A stretch of DNA of 64,000 bases from a bacterium. Its GTDB lineage: Bacteria; Patescibacteriota; Dojkabacteria; SC72. Below are positions 1 through 8,662 of the stretch, one piece after another (within the stretch, counting starts at the first letter, position 1; every line of letters begins with the position of its first letter). The position numbers and the translations under genes were made by a program. The notes beneath the pieces were generated by a model that saw only the letters and a list, made by a program, of their open reading frames with translations, searched no databases and had not been told where the DNA came from. The DNA is taken from the NCBI GenBank assembly GCA_021108295.1, contig JAIORF010000102.1, positions 391,041 through 455,040 on the forward strand. Direction: 5' to 3'.

Positions 1-140
1 AAATTACAATATATGCTTTTGTCTAATGCTTAAAAATTCAGATTTTTAATGTTTGTGCTGTTTTTAAGACTTATACATCACAACAGTTAATATATTGTGA
101 TTACATACTACCCTTAATAGAGTGAAGTGTTGGTGAATGA

Positions 141-1208
141 TTATCTATCCTTAGTAAGAAGCCATGCGCTAATGTATGTAGATATCGGTACTACAAGAAG
201 AAGGGCAATACTAATCGCTAAGGTACGGACAATTTCTTCGCTAATGAGGTCAATACTTACCAATGTCGCCATATCTCTGTTACTCATGTACATGAGCATG
301 ACAAGGGAAAGACTAGAACCAGCGTAGACAATGAAGAGGGTATTTATCATTGAGGCTACATGCTCTCTTCCTACATTCATTGTTTTTCTATACAGCTCTT
401 TTGCTCCAATATTGATATTGGCAGTATGTATCTCATACATACTAGATACCTGTCCTACAGCTACATCGTCAAGTACACCTACAGCTCCTATGATTATGGA
501 TACAAAGAAGAGATGTCGTATATTGATAGCCCCATCCATATGAACTGAGAGCCAGAAGGCTGTTTCTTCTCCCATACCACTAAGGTGTAAGCTCCTCATC
601 AACATCCATGCCAATAGTGAGACTATCCCTATACCCATATATGTAGATACTAAAGCTACAGTTGTTTGCTTCTTTAAGCCGTGTGCCAAATACATACCAA
701 AAGTAAGAATGAGGAAGGCTGCAAGGTATCCTATGAAAACGGTGTTCGGAGATGAGAGCAATTGGGGTACAGTGAAAAAGTAGAGTATGATAAAGCTAAG
801 TACTAAACTTAGTATGGGGCCAGAGCTTCTCCTACCACAGACTACAAAGACTAACACTACAAAAACCATTGCCCAGAGGAGCATTGTCATAGCTCTATCA
901 TATCCCGTTATATTCCACGTATTATTACCCTCTAGATCTTGCATACGGGTGAGATATACTGCATCACCTTCAGAGAAGGGTATGTCTGTTTTCTCCATCA
1001 TAGATATCATCGTCACTACTTCTTCTTGGGTTTCTTTGAGATATACATCGTAGGTGTAGCATACATATTCTTCTCCAAGAGCTTCAATACATTCAACAAT
1101 ATTTACCTGTAATATTTTCCCCTTACGAGTTTCTTCTGATATCTCATCCGCAAGTATTGGAGAGATTGTTAAGAAGAGGATGAATAGTGATAGGAAAAGT
1201 TTCTTCAT
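141..1208 (-). CDS. Polytopic membrane protein, possibly YibE/F family (signal peptide, soluble N-domain, ~8 TM helices)
   Basis: 355-aa ORF. N-terminal hydrophobic signal (MKKLFLSLFILFLTISPILA), then a long hydrophobic core with multiple predicted TM segments. Family name is a guess from architecture. Confidence 0.4.
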   Translation of the reverse strand: MKKLFLSLFILFLTISPILADEISEETRKGKILQVNIVECIEALGEEYVCYTYDVYLKETQEEVVTMISMMEKTDIPFSEGDAVYLTRMQDLEGNNTWNITGYDRAMTMLLWAMVFVVLVFVVCGRRSSGPILSLVLSFIILYFFTVPQLLSSPNTVFIGYLAAFLILTFGMYLAHGLKKQTTVALVSTYMGIGIVSLLAWMLMRSLHLSGMGEETAFWLSVHMDGAINIRHLFFVSIIIGAVGVLDDVAVGQVSSMYEIHTANINIGAKELYRKTMNVGREHVASMINTLFIVYAGSSLSLVMLMYMSNRDMATLVSIDLISEEIVRTLAISIALLLVVPISTYISAWLLTKDR

Positions 1209-1251
1209 AGGTCTAATTATACTTGATATACTCCTAGTATGACAAATTGAT

Positions 1252-2163
1252 TTATACCTCTAATTTAGTTGGGTACACTCCCTTCTCTACTAGCTCTTTC
1301 AATCTTGCTCTCACTACTGGAGCATCTTCTGGGAATGTTACTCCAAACCATGGAGAAGGAGAATCAATTGCTTTCATTTTAATCTCACCTTTTGTCACTA
1401 AATCACTTAGTACTATAGGAAGTAGAAACTCACCAGCCATATCATCTTCATTACTCCTTAGAAAACTATCAAATTCTTTTTCAAACTTATCAAGTACATT
1501 ATTGTGTAAACAAAACATATTCGCATTCACTGAAGTATCCTCATCCAAATTCTTCATCTCTTTGCCATCCCAAGTAGTACCATTAATATTACCTTCTTTA
1601 TCCCTTTTAACTTCAAATGTCTCATCAATTCTTTCTAGATATCCTCCCTTGACTGTACAAACACCCCTCTTAACACCTCCCTCATCACTCAACATATTCT
1701 TTAATCTATACGTAGGAATCGCATAAGTACTTTTATCACATTCCTCTTTCAGAAACTTAGCTGCAAGTTCAAATGCCTCCCTACCATAGAAATCATCTCC
1801 GTTGATGACGATAAAGGGTTCGTTGATATATTCTTTTCCAACAAGTAGTGCATGTCCCGTTCCCCAAGGTTTTGTCCTTTCAGGATTCCTCTTGTACCAA
1901 CTTGGAACCATATCTACTGTTTGGAAGCAGTAACTAATATCTATCTTCTCTTCATATTTACTCAAAAAAACCTCTTTAAAAGCCTCTTCCATATCAGGCC
2001 TAATTACAAACACTATCCTATCAAACCCAGCCTTAATTGCATCATAGATAGAGTAATCTATCAAAGTTTCACCATTAGGACCAAAACCTTCCATCTGTTT
2101 AAGACCACCATATCTACTACCCATACCAGCAGCTAATACAAATACTGAAATCTTGGAGTTCAT
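1252..2163 (-). CDS. Sugar-phosphate nucleotidyltransferase family protein (NTP_transferase-like)
   Basis: 303 aa. N-terminal VFVLAAGMGSRYGGLKQ resembles the G-x-G-x-R nucleotide-binding loop of sugar-1-P nucleotidyltransferases. Exact substrate unknown. Confidence 0.5.
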   Translation of the reverse strand: MNSKISVFVLAAGMGSRYGGLKQMEGFGPNGETLIDYSIYDAIKAGFDRIVFVIRPDMEEAFKEVFLSKYEEKIDISYCFQTVDMVPSWYKRNPERTKPWGTGHALLVGKEYINEPFIVINGDDFYGREAFELAAKFLKEECDKSTYAIPTYRLKNMLSDEGGVKRGVCTVKGGYLERIDETFEVKRDKEGNINGTTWDGKEMKNLDEDTSVNANMFCLHNNVLDKFEKEFDSFLRSNEDDMAGEFLLPIVLSDLVTKGEIKMKAIDSPSPWFGVTFPEDAPVVRARLKELVEKGVYPTKLEV

Positions 2164-2194
2164 ATTTAAAAAGTAACAAGTTATTTACAATATC

Positions 2195-3217
2195 TTAAAA
2201 CATACTACCATGACTTAGCATTTCTTCAATCTTCTCAATTACACTCTCTGGCATTTTCTTTACAGAATTGTTTACAAAACCCTTTACTATTAAATCCTGT
2301 GCTTTCTTTTCATCCAACCCTTTACTCTGTAAATACTCTATCTCCTCCTTAGAAATTTTACCAATAGAAGCCTCATGAGACATCTGTACTGTACTATTCT
2401 TTGCCTTAAGTACTGGTACTACCTCTACACTACCAGACTTACTAAGAAGTACTGCATCACATTCAATATGTCCTCTACTGTTCTCTCCCTTACCCACTAT
2501 CTCACTCATCGATTTGTACTTACCACCTTGGGATACAACGTTAGAAAGAATCTCTCCACTACTACCACTACCTAGAAGAGATATCTTCCCTCCGATATCA
2601 AGCTTACTACCACTGTGAGAGCATATGAGGGATTGTATTACTGCTTTAGCTCCTCTATCTAGTGTAATCTTTGGATTACTCCTAATCTCCTCTACCTTAT
2701 CCCACACAACATAGTTAGAGGTAAAAGTACCACCCTCTTCTACATGTACTACTGTCTTGGGAAATACCTTAGATGTTTTTCCCCAGGAATGTATCATATT
2801 AAAAGTAAGTGTAGCGTTCTTACCAACAAAAAGGTCTGTAATTGCATTGTGCGTATTACTCTTAACATGATCATTAGAAAGACAACCCGTGAATATATCT
2901 AGATTGGCATCTTCCTCAACTACAATGACATTCCTTACATTCTGTTCAAATCCTGATTTGGAAGTAAGAAAGCATGTCTGTATGGAAGAGTGTGAGCCCT
3001 TAGCTAGGAGTATTAGATAGCCTGTGTAGTCCTTAAAGGTATTTTCCTGGAGTTTAAAACCTTTGAGATATTTCTCAACCAATTTGTTCTTAATATTTAA
3101 GATTTGTACATCCTTCTCTGTCGTTTCCATTAGTAACGGTGCGTTGTCATTAAGAACAATGTATGGGTTCATACCGACATTACTGTAGTTCTCTAAGAAG
3201 TCTTCCAACTGCATCAT
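2195..3217 (-). CDS. sufB: SufB/SufD-family Fe-S cluster assembly protein (short form)
   Basis: 340 aa. C-terminal beta-helix region RGHIECDAVLL...VQMSHEASIGKISKEEIEYLQSKGL...IVKGF matches the SufB/SufD conserved C-terminus. Overlaps the sufC stop by 4 nt (operon). Confidence 0.6.
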   Translation of the reverse strand: MMQLEDFLENYSNVGMNPYIVLNDNAPLLMETTEKDVQILNIKNKLVEKYLKGFKLQENTFKDYTGYLILLAKGSHSSIQTCFLTSKSGFEQNVRNVIVVEEDANLDIFTGCLSNDHVKSNTHNAITDLFVGKNATLTFNMIHSWGKTSKVFPKTVVHVEEGGTFTSNYVVWDKVEEIRSNPKITLDRGAKAVIQSLICSHSGSKLDIGGKISLLGSGSSGEILSNVVSQGGKYKSMSEIVGKGENSRGHIECDAVLLSKSGSVEVVPVLKAKNSTVQMSHEASIGKISKEEIEYLQSKGLDEKKAQDLIVKGFVNNSVKKMPESVIEKIEEMLSHGSMF

Positions 3218-3927
3218 TTCTTTCTCCTATCACAATTTACACACTTCTCATAGCCACCACTTTTAATACACTCCCATATCTCAATTGGATTACCTTCGCA
3301 TACAATCTTTCCATTGAGCATGACATATGCACTATCCATCTTAAATTCTTTGAGTATAGATCCTGTATGGGTTGTGATAATGAGACTTTTCTTTTTAGAG
3401 GTGTTTTTTAAGTACTTAGATATCCTATCTATATTTTCTAAATCAACACCAGAGTCTAGTTCATCTAGTAGGTAGGTACTAATATTTTTAAGAAGGGAGA
3501 GGGTAAAGAGTTCTAAACGCTTTGTCTCACCGCCTGATAGGTTGTAGTTAATGTCTCTATCTAAGAATTCTTCTATACCCAAGCTGTCAATCTTTTTCTT
3601 CACATCATCATACTCAATCTCATACTGTTCCATCAGGTCTTCAAGTTTAACTCCTTTAATACTTACTCCTTTTTGAGCAATATATCCAATACCTAAATCA
3701 ACTCTTTGATTAATTGTCTTTTTTAATATGCTTTTTCCATCAATCAAGATATCTCCTTTTACAATATTGTAGCTATTCATACCCATGATTACTCTAAAGA
3801 GGGTACTCTTTCCGCAACCGTTTGGACCGAAGAGTACTGCCTTCTCTCCATTCTTTATCTTAAGGTTAATATCTTCAAGTATTTTCTTTCCTTCTACTTC
3901 GACTGTAAGGTTTTTTATCGTTATCAT
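3214..3927 (-). CDS. sufC: Fe-S assembly ATPase SufC (ABC-type ATPase)
   Basis: 237 aa. Walker A GPNGCGKST, ABC signature LSGGETKR, Walker B LLDELDSGVD. Translationally coupled to the downstream SufB/D gene. Confidence 0.75.
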   Translation of the reverse strand: MITIKNLTVEVEGKKILEDINLKIKNGEKAVLFGPNGCGKSTLFRVIMGMNSYNIVKGDILIDGKSILKKTINQRVDLGIGYIAQKGVSIKGVKLEDLMEQYEIEYDDVKKKIDSLGIEEFLDRDINYNLSGGETKRLELFTLSLLKNISTYLLDELDSGVDLENIDRISKYLKNTSKKKSLIITTHTGSILKEFKMDSAYVMLNGKIVCEGNPIEIWECIKSGGYEKCVNCDRRKK

Positions 3928-3963
3928 CCCCCCATTATATTAAAATGGAGTATAATTAGCTAG

Positions 3964-4614
3964 ATGGATATTAAAAAGTTTGAAACATTAAAACAGTTAC
4001 ATGAATACTACAGTGAAAACAATAGGTGTGGTCTAAAAAAAGTTGCTACACAACCGGTATATGAGATACACCCTCCTACTTCTGGTATTGTATTCATTGG
4101 AGAAGCCCCTGGGAAGAATGAAGATTTAGAGGGCGAACCTTTTGTAGGTGCTGCTGGTAAGTTCTTAGATGAGATGCTAAAGAGCATAGGATACACAAGA
4201 AAGGATGTATATGTAAGCAATGTAGTTAAATACAGACCTCCTAGTAACAGAGATCCAACAGATATTGAAAAGAAGGATTGTAGAGTATGGTTGAATGCGG
4301 AGCTACTCTTTCTAAAACCTAAAGTAATCATACCTCTAGGTAGACACGCACTAGAGAGATTTGTAGAGGGTGCTAGAATATCCGCTTCTCATGGATCAGC
4401 TTTTTCTCACCCTTCCAATATCCCAATCTTTGCTATGTACCATCCTGCTGCTGCACTTTACAACCCTAATCTTAGAGCTGTCCTACTAGACGATTTTAAA
4501 AAACTCAAAACTTTTTTAGATGGAGGAGGGGAGGTGGGTAAAAAACAAGCTAAGAAACCTACTCCTACGAATCATGCAAAGAGGAAAGCTGTTAAAGATA
4601 TCCTAGACCTTTAA
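3964..4614 (+). CDS. Uracil-DNA glycosylase, family 4 type
   Basis: 216 aa. Motif A GEAPGKNEDLEGEPFVGAAG and motif B HPAAALYNP are typical of family 4/5 UDGs. Confidence 0.7.
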   Translation: MDIKKFETLKQLHEYYSENNRCGLKKVATQPVYEIHPPTSGIVFIGEAPGKNEDLEGEPFVGAAGKFLDEMLKSIGYTRKDVYVSNVVKYRPPSNRDPTDIEKKDCRVWLNAELLFLKPKVIIPLGRHALERFVEGARISASHGSAFSHPSNIPIFAMYHPAAALYNPNLRAVLLDDFKKLKTFLDGGGEVGKKQAKKPTPTNHAKRKAVKDILDL

Positions 4615-4713
4615 TTTTCACTAGCTTAATTAGTACAAGAATCTCTCTTTTAATATTTGCGAAGATTTCATTTCTAACCTATTACACTCTCCAATGCTAT
4701 ATAATATCTGCAT

Positions 4714-5937
4714 ATGAAGAAATACGATTTAATAATCATTGGTGGTGGTGCTTCTGGTCTAATGGCTGGGATATTTGCTAAGGATAGAGGTTTAAACTTT
4801 CTAATCATAGAGAAGAATGATAGGGTTGGAATGAAGTTGGGTATCACAGGTAAGGGTAGGTGCAATATTACCAACTACATTACCGATCTAGATGATTTAG
4901 TGAATAAATATACACACAATGGTAAGTTTCTTTACCATGCTTTCAATGAGTTTGGTGTACAAAATACTTTTGATTTCTTTGAGAAAAGATTAAACATACC
5001 TCTTAAGGTGGAGAGGGGTAAGAGGGTGTTTCCTAAGAGTGAGAAGTCGTTGGATATTGTAAATGCTTTTTACAATGAGCTTAAAGAAAACATACTTCTT
5101 GAAACAACGGTTAAGGAGATAAAGAAGGAAGGGAATAGAATATCGGAAGTAGTTACGGATAAGAGGGAGTATATTGCAGATCACTACATACTAGCTACAG
5201 GTGGCAAGACATACCCTGTTACTGGTTCTACAGGAGATGGTTATACTTTCGCAGAGAGTTTGGGTCATACACTACATCCTACCTACCCTGTACTTTTGGG
5301 TTTTAAGTGTAAGGAGTCTTTTGTAAAGGATTTAGCAGGTTTGTCTTTAAAGTTCGTAAATGTTTCTGTATTTAGGGATGGGAAGGTGTACAAGGAAGCG
5401 TTTGGGAGTATGTTATTTACACATGATGGTATTAGTGGTCCTACAATATTAAATCTTTCTCAGTATACCTCTGATATGTATGAGGAGGGTTTTGAGGTTA
5501 GTATTGATCTTAAACCAAGGGTAGAGTTTAGTGAATTGGATGGGAGAGTAAATGAGTTGTTGAGGGATAGTGGGGGTATACAAATTAAGAATGTGTTGGG
5601 TTATCTTATGCCTAAGTCCCTTATACCTGTAGTTTTAGAGCTTTCACTCCTTATTCCAGAGAGGGAGTGTTGTCATATTACTAGGGAGGAGAGGTTGAGG
5701 TTAGTGAATGTATTAAAGGGTATATCTCTTCGTGTTTATGGTCATGAGGGTTGGGAGAGGGCTGTAGTTAATACAGGGGGTGTTGATATTAAGGAGGTAG
5801 ACCCTAATACAATGGGTTCTAAGATTATTAAGAATTTGTCTTTTACTGGAGATGTTTTGGATGTTTTTGGTCCTACAGGTGGTTTTAATTTACAGATTGC
5901 TTGGAGTAGTTCATTTATTGCTGTGGAGGGGCTATAG
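4714..5937 (+). CDS. HI0933/YhiN-like FAD-dependent oxidoreductase (aminoacetone-oxidase family flavoprotein)
   Basis: 407 aa. N-terminal Rossmann dinucleotide fold YDLIIIGGGASGLMAG. Length and spacing of the GG motifs fit the HI0933-like family. Confidence 0.6.
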   Translation: MKKYDLIIIGGGASGLMAGIFAKDRGLNFLIIEKNDRVGMKLGITGKGRCNITNYITDLDDLVNKYTHNGKFLYHAFNEFGVQNTFDFFEKRLNIPLKVERGKRVFPKSEKSLDIVNAFYNELKENILLETTVKEIKKEGNRISEVVTDKREYIADHYILATGGKTYPVTGSTGDGYTFAESLGHTLHPTYPVLLGFKCKESFVKDLAGLSLKFVNVSVFRDGKVYKEAFGSMLFTHDGISGPTILNLSQYTSDMYEEGFEVSIDLKPRVEFSELDGRVNELLRDSGGIQIKNVLGYLMPKSLIPVVLELSLLIPERECCHITREERLRLVNVLKGISLRVYGHEGWERAVVNTGGVDIKEVDPNTMGSKIIKNLSFTGDVLDVFGPTGGFNLQIAWSSSFIAVEGL

Positions 5938-5962
5938 GAGAACAGATTAACTCATATTATTA

Positions 5963-6205
5963 TCATCTCTTTGTCCATCTACCCCAAGACTTTGTCCAAA
6001 CCTTTGTTTTCCATCTGTATATAATATGCATTATTGTTCCTGCAGTAGCTATTCCAATCACCCACACCCAAAACCATTTAGTTTCGTATAGTAAATAGCC
6101 AACACCAATAAACACCAACCATTTTGTAATTCTAAACCAGATAGGTTGTGTATCTTTTGAAAACATAACCTCCAGTTCTTTTTTAATAATTTCTCTGTTT
6201 TGCAT
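5963..6205 (-). CDS. Small hypothetical membrane protein (2 TM helices, W-rich)
   Basis: 80-aa ORF with two hydrophobic helices (WLVFIGVGYLLY, WVWVIGIATAGTIMHIIY). No recognisable family. Confidence 0.3.
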   Translation of the reverse strand: MQNREIIKKELEVMFSKDTQPIWFRITKWLVFIGVGYLLYETKWFWVWVIGIATAGTIMHIIYRWKTKVWTKSWGRWTKR

Positions 6206-6317
6206 ACTACTTCCTTTGAAGAAATTAGATGTTATGTTTATTGTATAAACTTTTCTTTCTTAAGTAAATAATTCATAGTAAAAACCGATACACTTCAAAG
6301 AACTGATATAATCACCT

Positions 6318-7922
6318 ATGAAAAACTCATTTGAAATATTCAACCAAATAAAAAACAAAAAGAGTTGGAAAGAAAACTCCCTCCAAAAAATCCTCAAACA
6401 ATACCCAAAAGAAGGAAAAGGACTCTACAGACATGACGAACTAGTACAAACATACAAAAGCTTAACCAAGGAAAAGAAAATTAAACCAAACAAGTTAATA
6501 GAACAAAGAATAAGGATGAAACCAACAAGAACCCAATCAGGAGTAACAATAGTAACCGTACTAATGAAACCATACCCCTGCCCAGGACAATGCATATTCT
6601 GTCCCAACGAAAAAAACATGCCCAAAAGCTACATATCCTCCGAGCCCGGAGCACAGAGAGCACTAACACACGACTTTGACCCATACGACCAAACAAGAAA
6701 CAGAATAGAAGCCTTGCAAAACATAGGACACAACACAGACAAGATAGAATTAATAATACTAGGAGGGACATGCTCCGTATACCCTGAGAACTACCAAATA
6801 TGGTTTGTAAAAAAATGCTTCGATGCAATGAACAGCTTTGATAAAGATTACAAAATAGAAAACATCTCTCAAAAAGACATTACATGGAAAGACCTCTACA
6901 AAACCCACACCTTCAACGAAACCACACTCTGTAGAAATGTAGGACTAGTACTTGAAACAAGACCAGACTACATCAATGAAGAAGAAATAGTGAGACTAAG
7001 AAAACTAGGCGCTACTAAAATACAGATAGGAGTACAATCACTAGATGATGAAATACTCAAACTAAACAAAAGAGGACATAGTGTAAAAGAAACTAAGGAA
7101 GCATTCAAACTTCTAAGACTAGCAGGCTTCAAAATACACTCCCATATTATGCCTAACCTCTATGGCTCTAACCTTAAGAAAGATATTAGAGATTACAAGA
7201 AACTCTGGACTAAACACTACTCCCCTGATGAACTTAAAATCTACCCTACCTCCATTATTCCAAACACTCAACTAGAACAGCTATACAAAGATGGTAAATA
7301 CCTCCCCTATACACACGAACAACTACTAAAATACTTCCTACATACACTCCCAATCACTCCTAGATATGCAAGACTAACTAGGATAGTGAGAGACATACCC
7401 TCAAATGAGATAGTAGCAGGAAACAAGTCTACCAACTTTAGACAGATAGCGGAGAAAGAGATAACAAAACGAAAACTTTCTATACAAGACATCAGAAGTA
7501 GAGAGATAAAGGAGAGAAATGTGAAGTGGGATGATATAGAAGAGGAAATTATTAAATACAAAACATCGGTAAGTACAGAGTACTTCATCTCTTACAAAAC
7601 AAAAGATACAGATCAAATATGTGGTTTCTTAAGACTTTCAATACCAAAGAAAAGATTAAGAAAGAAACACTTTATAAAAGAGTTAAGAAATTCTTCGATA
7701 ATAAGGGAGGTACATGTATATGGTTCTGTAGTAAACATTGGAGATAGTAGTAAGGGAGAACCACAACACTTAGGACTAGGTAAGAAGTTAATAGAGAGAG
7801 CAGAAGGTATATCAAGAAGAAAGAATTTTAAGAAAATCTCAGTAATTTCAGCAATAGGTACTACAAAGTATTATGAGAAAAGAGGGTATGTTAAAGATGA
7901 ACTATTTATGAACAAAGCATAA
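6318..7922 (+). CDS. elp3: Elp3-like radical-SAM / GNAT acetyltransferase (tRNA wobble-uridine modification enzyme homolog)
   Basis: 534 aa. RTQSGVTIVTVLMKPYPCPGQCIFCPN carries the CxxxCxxC radical-SAM cluster motif in the Elp3-typical context. The C-terminal GNAT fold carries the Q-H-x-G-x-G acetyl-CoA motif (QHLGLGKKLIERAE). Size matches Elp3. Confidence 0.7.
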   Translation: MKNSFEIFNQIKNKKSWKENSLQKILKQYPKEGKGLYRHDELVQTYKSLTKEKKIKPNKLIEQRIRMKPTRTQSGVTIVTVLMKPYPCPGQCIFCPNEKNMPKSYISSEPGAQRALTHDFDPYDQTRNRIEALQNIGHNTDKIELIILGGTCSVYPENYQIWFVKKCFDAMNSFDKDYKIENISQKDITWKDLYKTHTFNETTLCRNVGLVLETRPDYINEEEIVRLRKLGATKIQIGVQSLDDEILKLNKRGHSVKETKEAFKLLRLAGFKIHSHIMPNLYGSNLKKDIRDYKKLWTKHYSPDELKIYPTSIIPNTQLEQLYKDGKYLPYTHEQLLKYFLHTLPITPRYARLTRIVRDIPSNEIVAGNKSTNFRQIAEKEITKRKLSIQDIRSREIKERNVKWDDIEEEIIKYKTSVSTEYFISYKTKDTDQICGFLRLSIPKKRLRKKHFIKELRNSSIIREVHVYGSVVNIGDSSKGEPQHLGLGKKLIERAEGISRRKNFKKISVISAIGTTKYYEKRGYVKDELFMNKA

Positions 7923-7991
7923 TCTCTATTTGAAAACATCCTCTATTTAGAATATAATGACTTATTACCATGGAGGGACTACCAAAGAGCT

Positions 7992-8522
7992 TTATCTCGA
8001 GGGAACGCCCTCCTTTTTCTTCTCTACTTTTCTACGAGCAAACTCTATATTTACAATATATTTTAAAAACCTCTTAAGTAGTGTACTATAGCTATGATTA
8101 GGAACAATAATCTTATAAAGTTTATCCACTCTTAGAAGATACTCTATTAAAGAATAGAAATCCCCATCACCAGAAGCAATTATACACTTATCATAATTCT
8201 CTACCTCCAGCATAACACTAATCACTAACTCTACATCAACATTCCCCTTCACAACATATACACCATTCCTCTTATACCTAACCGTCGGCTTAAAAACTAA
8301 TTCATAACCAGAACCCCTAAGGTATTTATACAATTTCTCATTTGATTTTATATACCCAAGAAAAAGATAAGCCTTTTTAACATTATATTTATCCTTAAGA
8401 TATACCCTAAATCTCCCAAAATCCAACTCCCAACCAAGAGATCTAACCCCAAGATTAAGATTCTGACTATCAATAAAAGCATATACAACACTAGAGTGTC
8501 TATCCATAACAATATCATACAC
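7992..8522 (-). CDS. NYN/LabA-like (PIN-like) domain protein, putative RNase
   Basis: 176 aa. FIDSQNL...GNVDVELVISVM...ASGDGDF matches the conserved acidic residues of NYN/LabA domains. Confidence 0.6.
   Translation of the reverse strand: MYDIVMDRHSSVVYAFIDSQNLNLGVRSLGWELDFGRFRVYLKDKYNVKKAYLFLGYIKSNEKLYKYLRGSGYELVFKPTVRYKRNGVYVVKGNVDVELVISVMLEVENYDKCIIASGDGDFYSLIEYLLRVDKLYKIIVPNHSYSTLLKRFLKYIVNIEFARRKVEKKKEGVPSR
7999..8022 (+). terminator. Putative rho-independent terminator after elp3 (GAGGG-AACG-CCCTC + T-tract), overlapping the last codons of the convergent NYN gene
   Basis: A 5-bp GC-rich stem with a 4-nt loop, followed by CTTTTTCTTC on the + strand, about 75 nt downstream of the elp3 stop. 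Confidence 0.35.
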
Positions 8523-8555
8523 ACCAACTATGAATTTCTGATGAACAAATGGAAT

Positions 8556-8631
8556 ATGGTGGGTGTACAGGGACTCGAACCCTGAACCTAACGATTAAGA
8601 GTCGTTTGCTCTACCAGTTGAGCTATACACC
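8556..8631 (-). tRNA. tRNA-Lys (anticodon CUU), CCA encoded
   Basis: Reverse complement GGGTGTATAGCTCAACTGGTAGAGCAAACGACTCTTAATCGTTAGGTTCAGGGTTCGAGTCCCTGTACACCCACCA folds as a 76-nt cloverleaf: 7-bp acceptor GGGTGTA/TACACCC, anticodon loop CTCTTAA (anticodon CTT), T-loop TTCGAGT. Confidence 0.85.
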
Positions 8632-8662
8632 CAGAATGCTTGTAATCATACCAAGATAAAAT

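Noticed and set aside
127-543. Small + strand ORFs (127..327, 331..543, 360..548) at the window start.
   Set aside because: They are entirely antisense to the well-supported 355-aa membrane-protein gene on the minus strand. They are hydrophobic low-complexity shadows.
4615-4713. Possible sigma70-like promoter (TATATAAT just upstream of the 4714 start codon).
   Set aside because: A -10-like box is present, but I could not find a -35 element at a canonical 16-18 nt spacing. This is too weak to call in an AT-rich genome, where TATAAT-like strings are frequent by chance.
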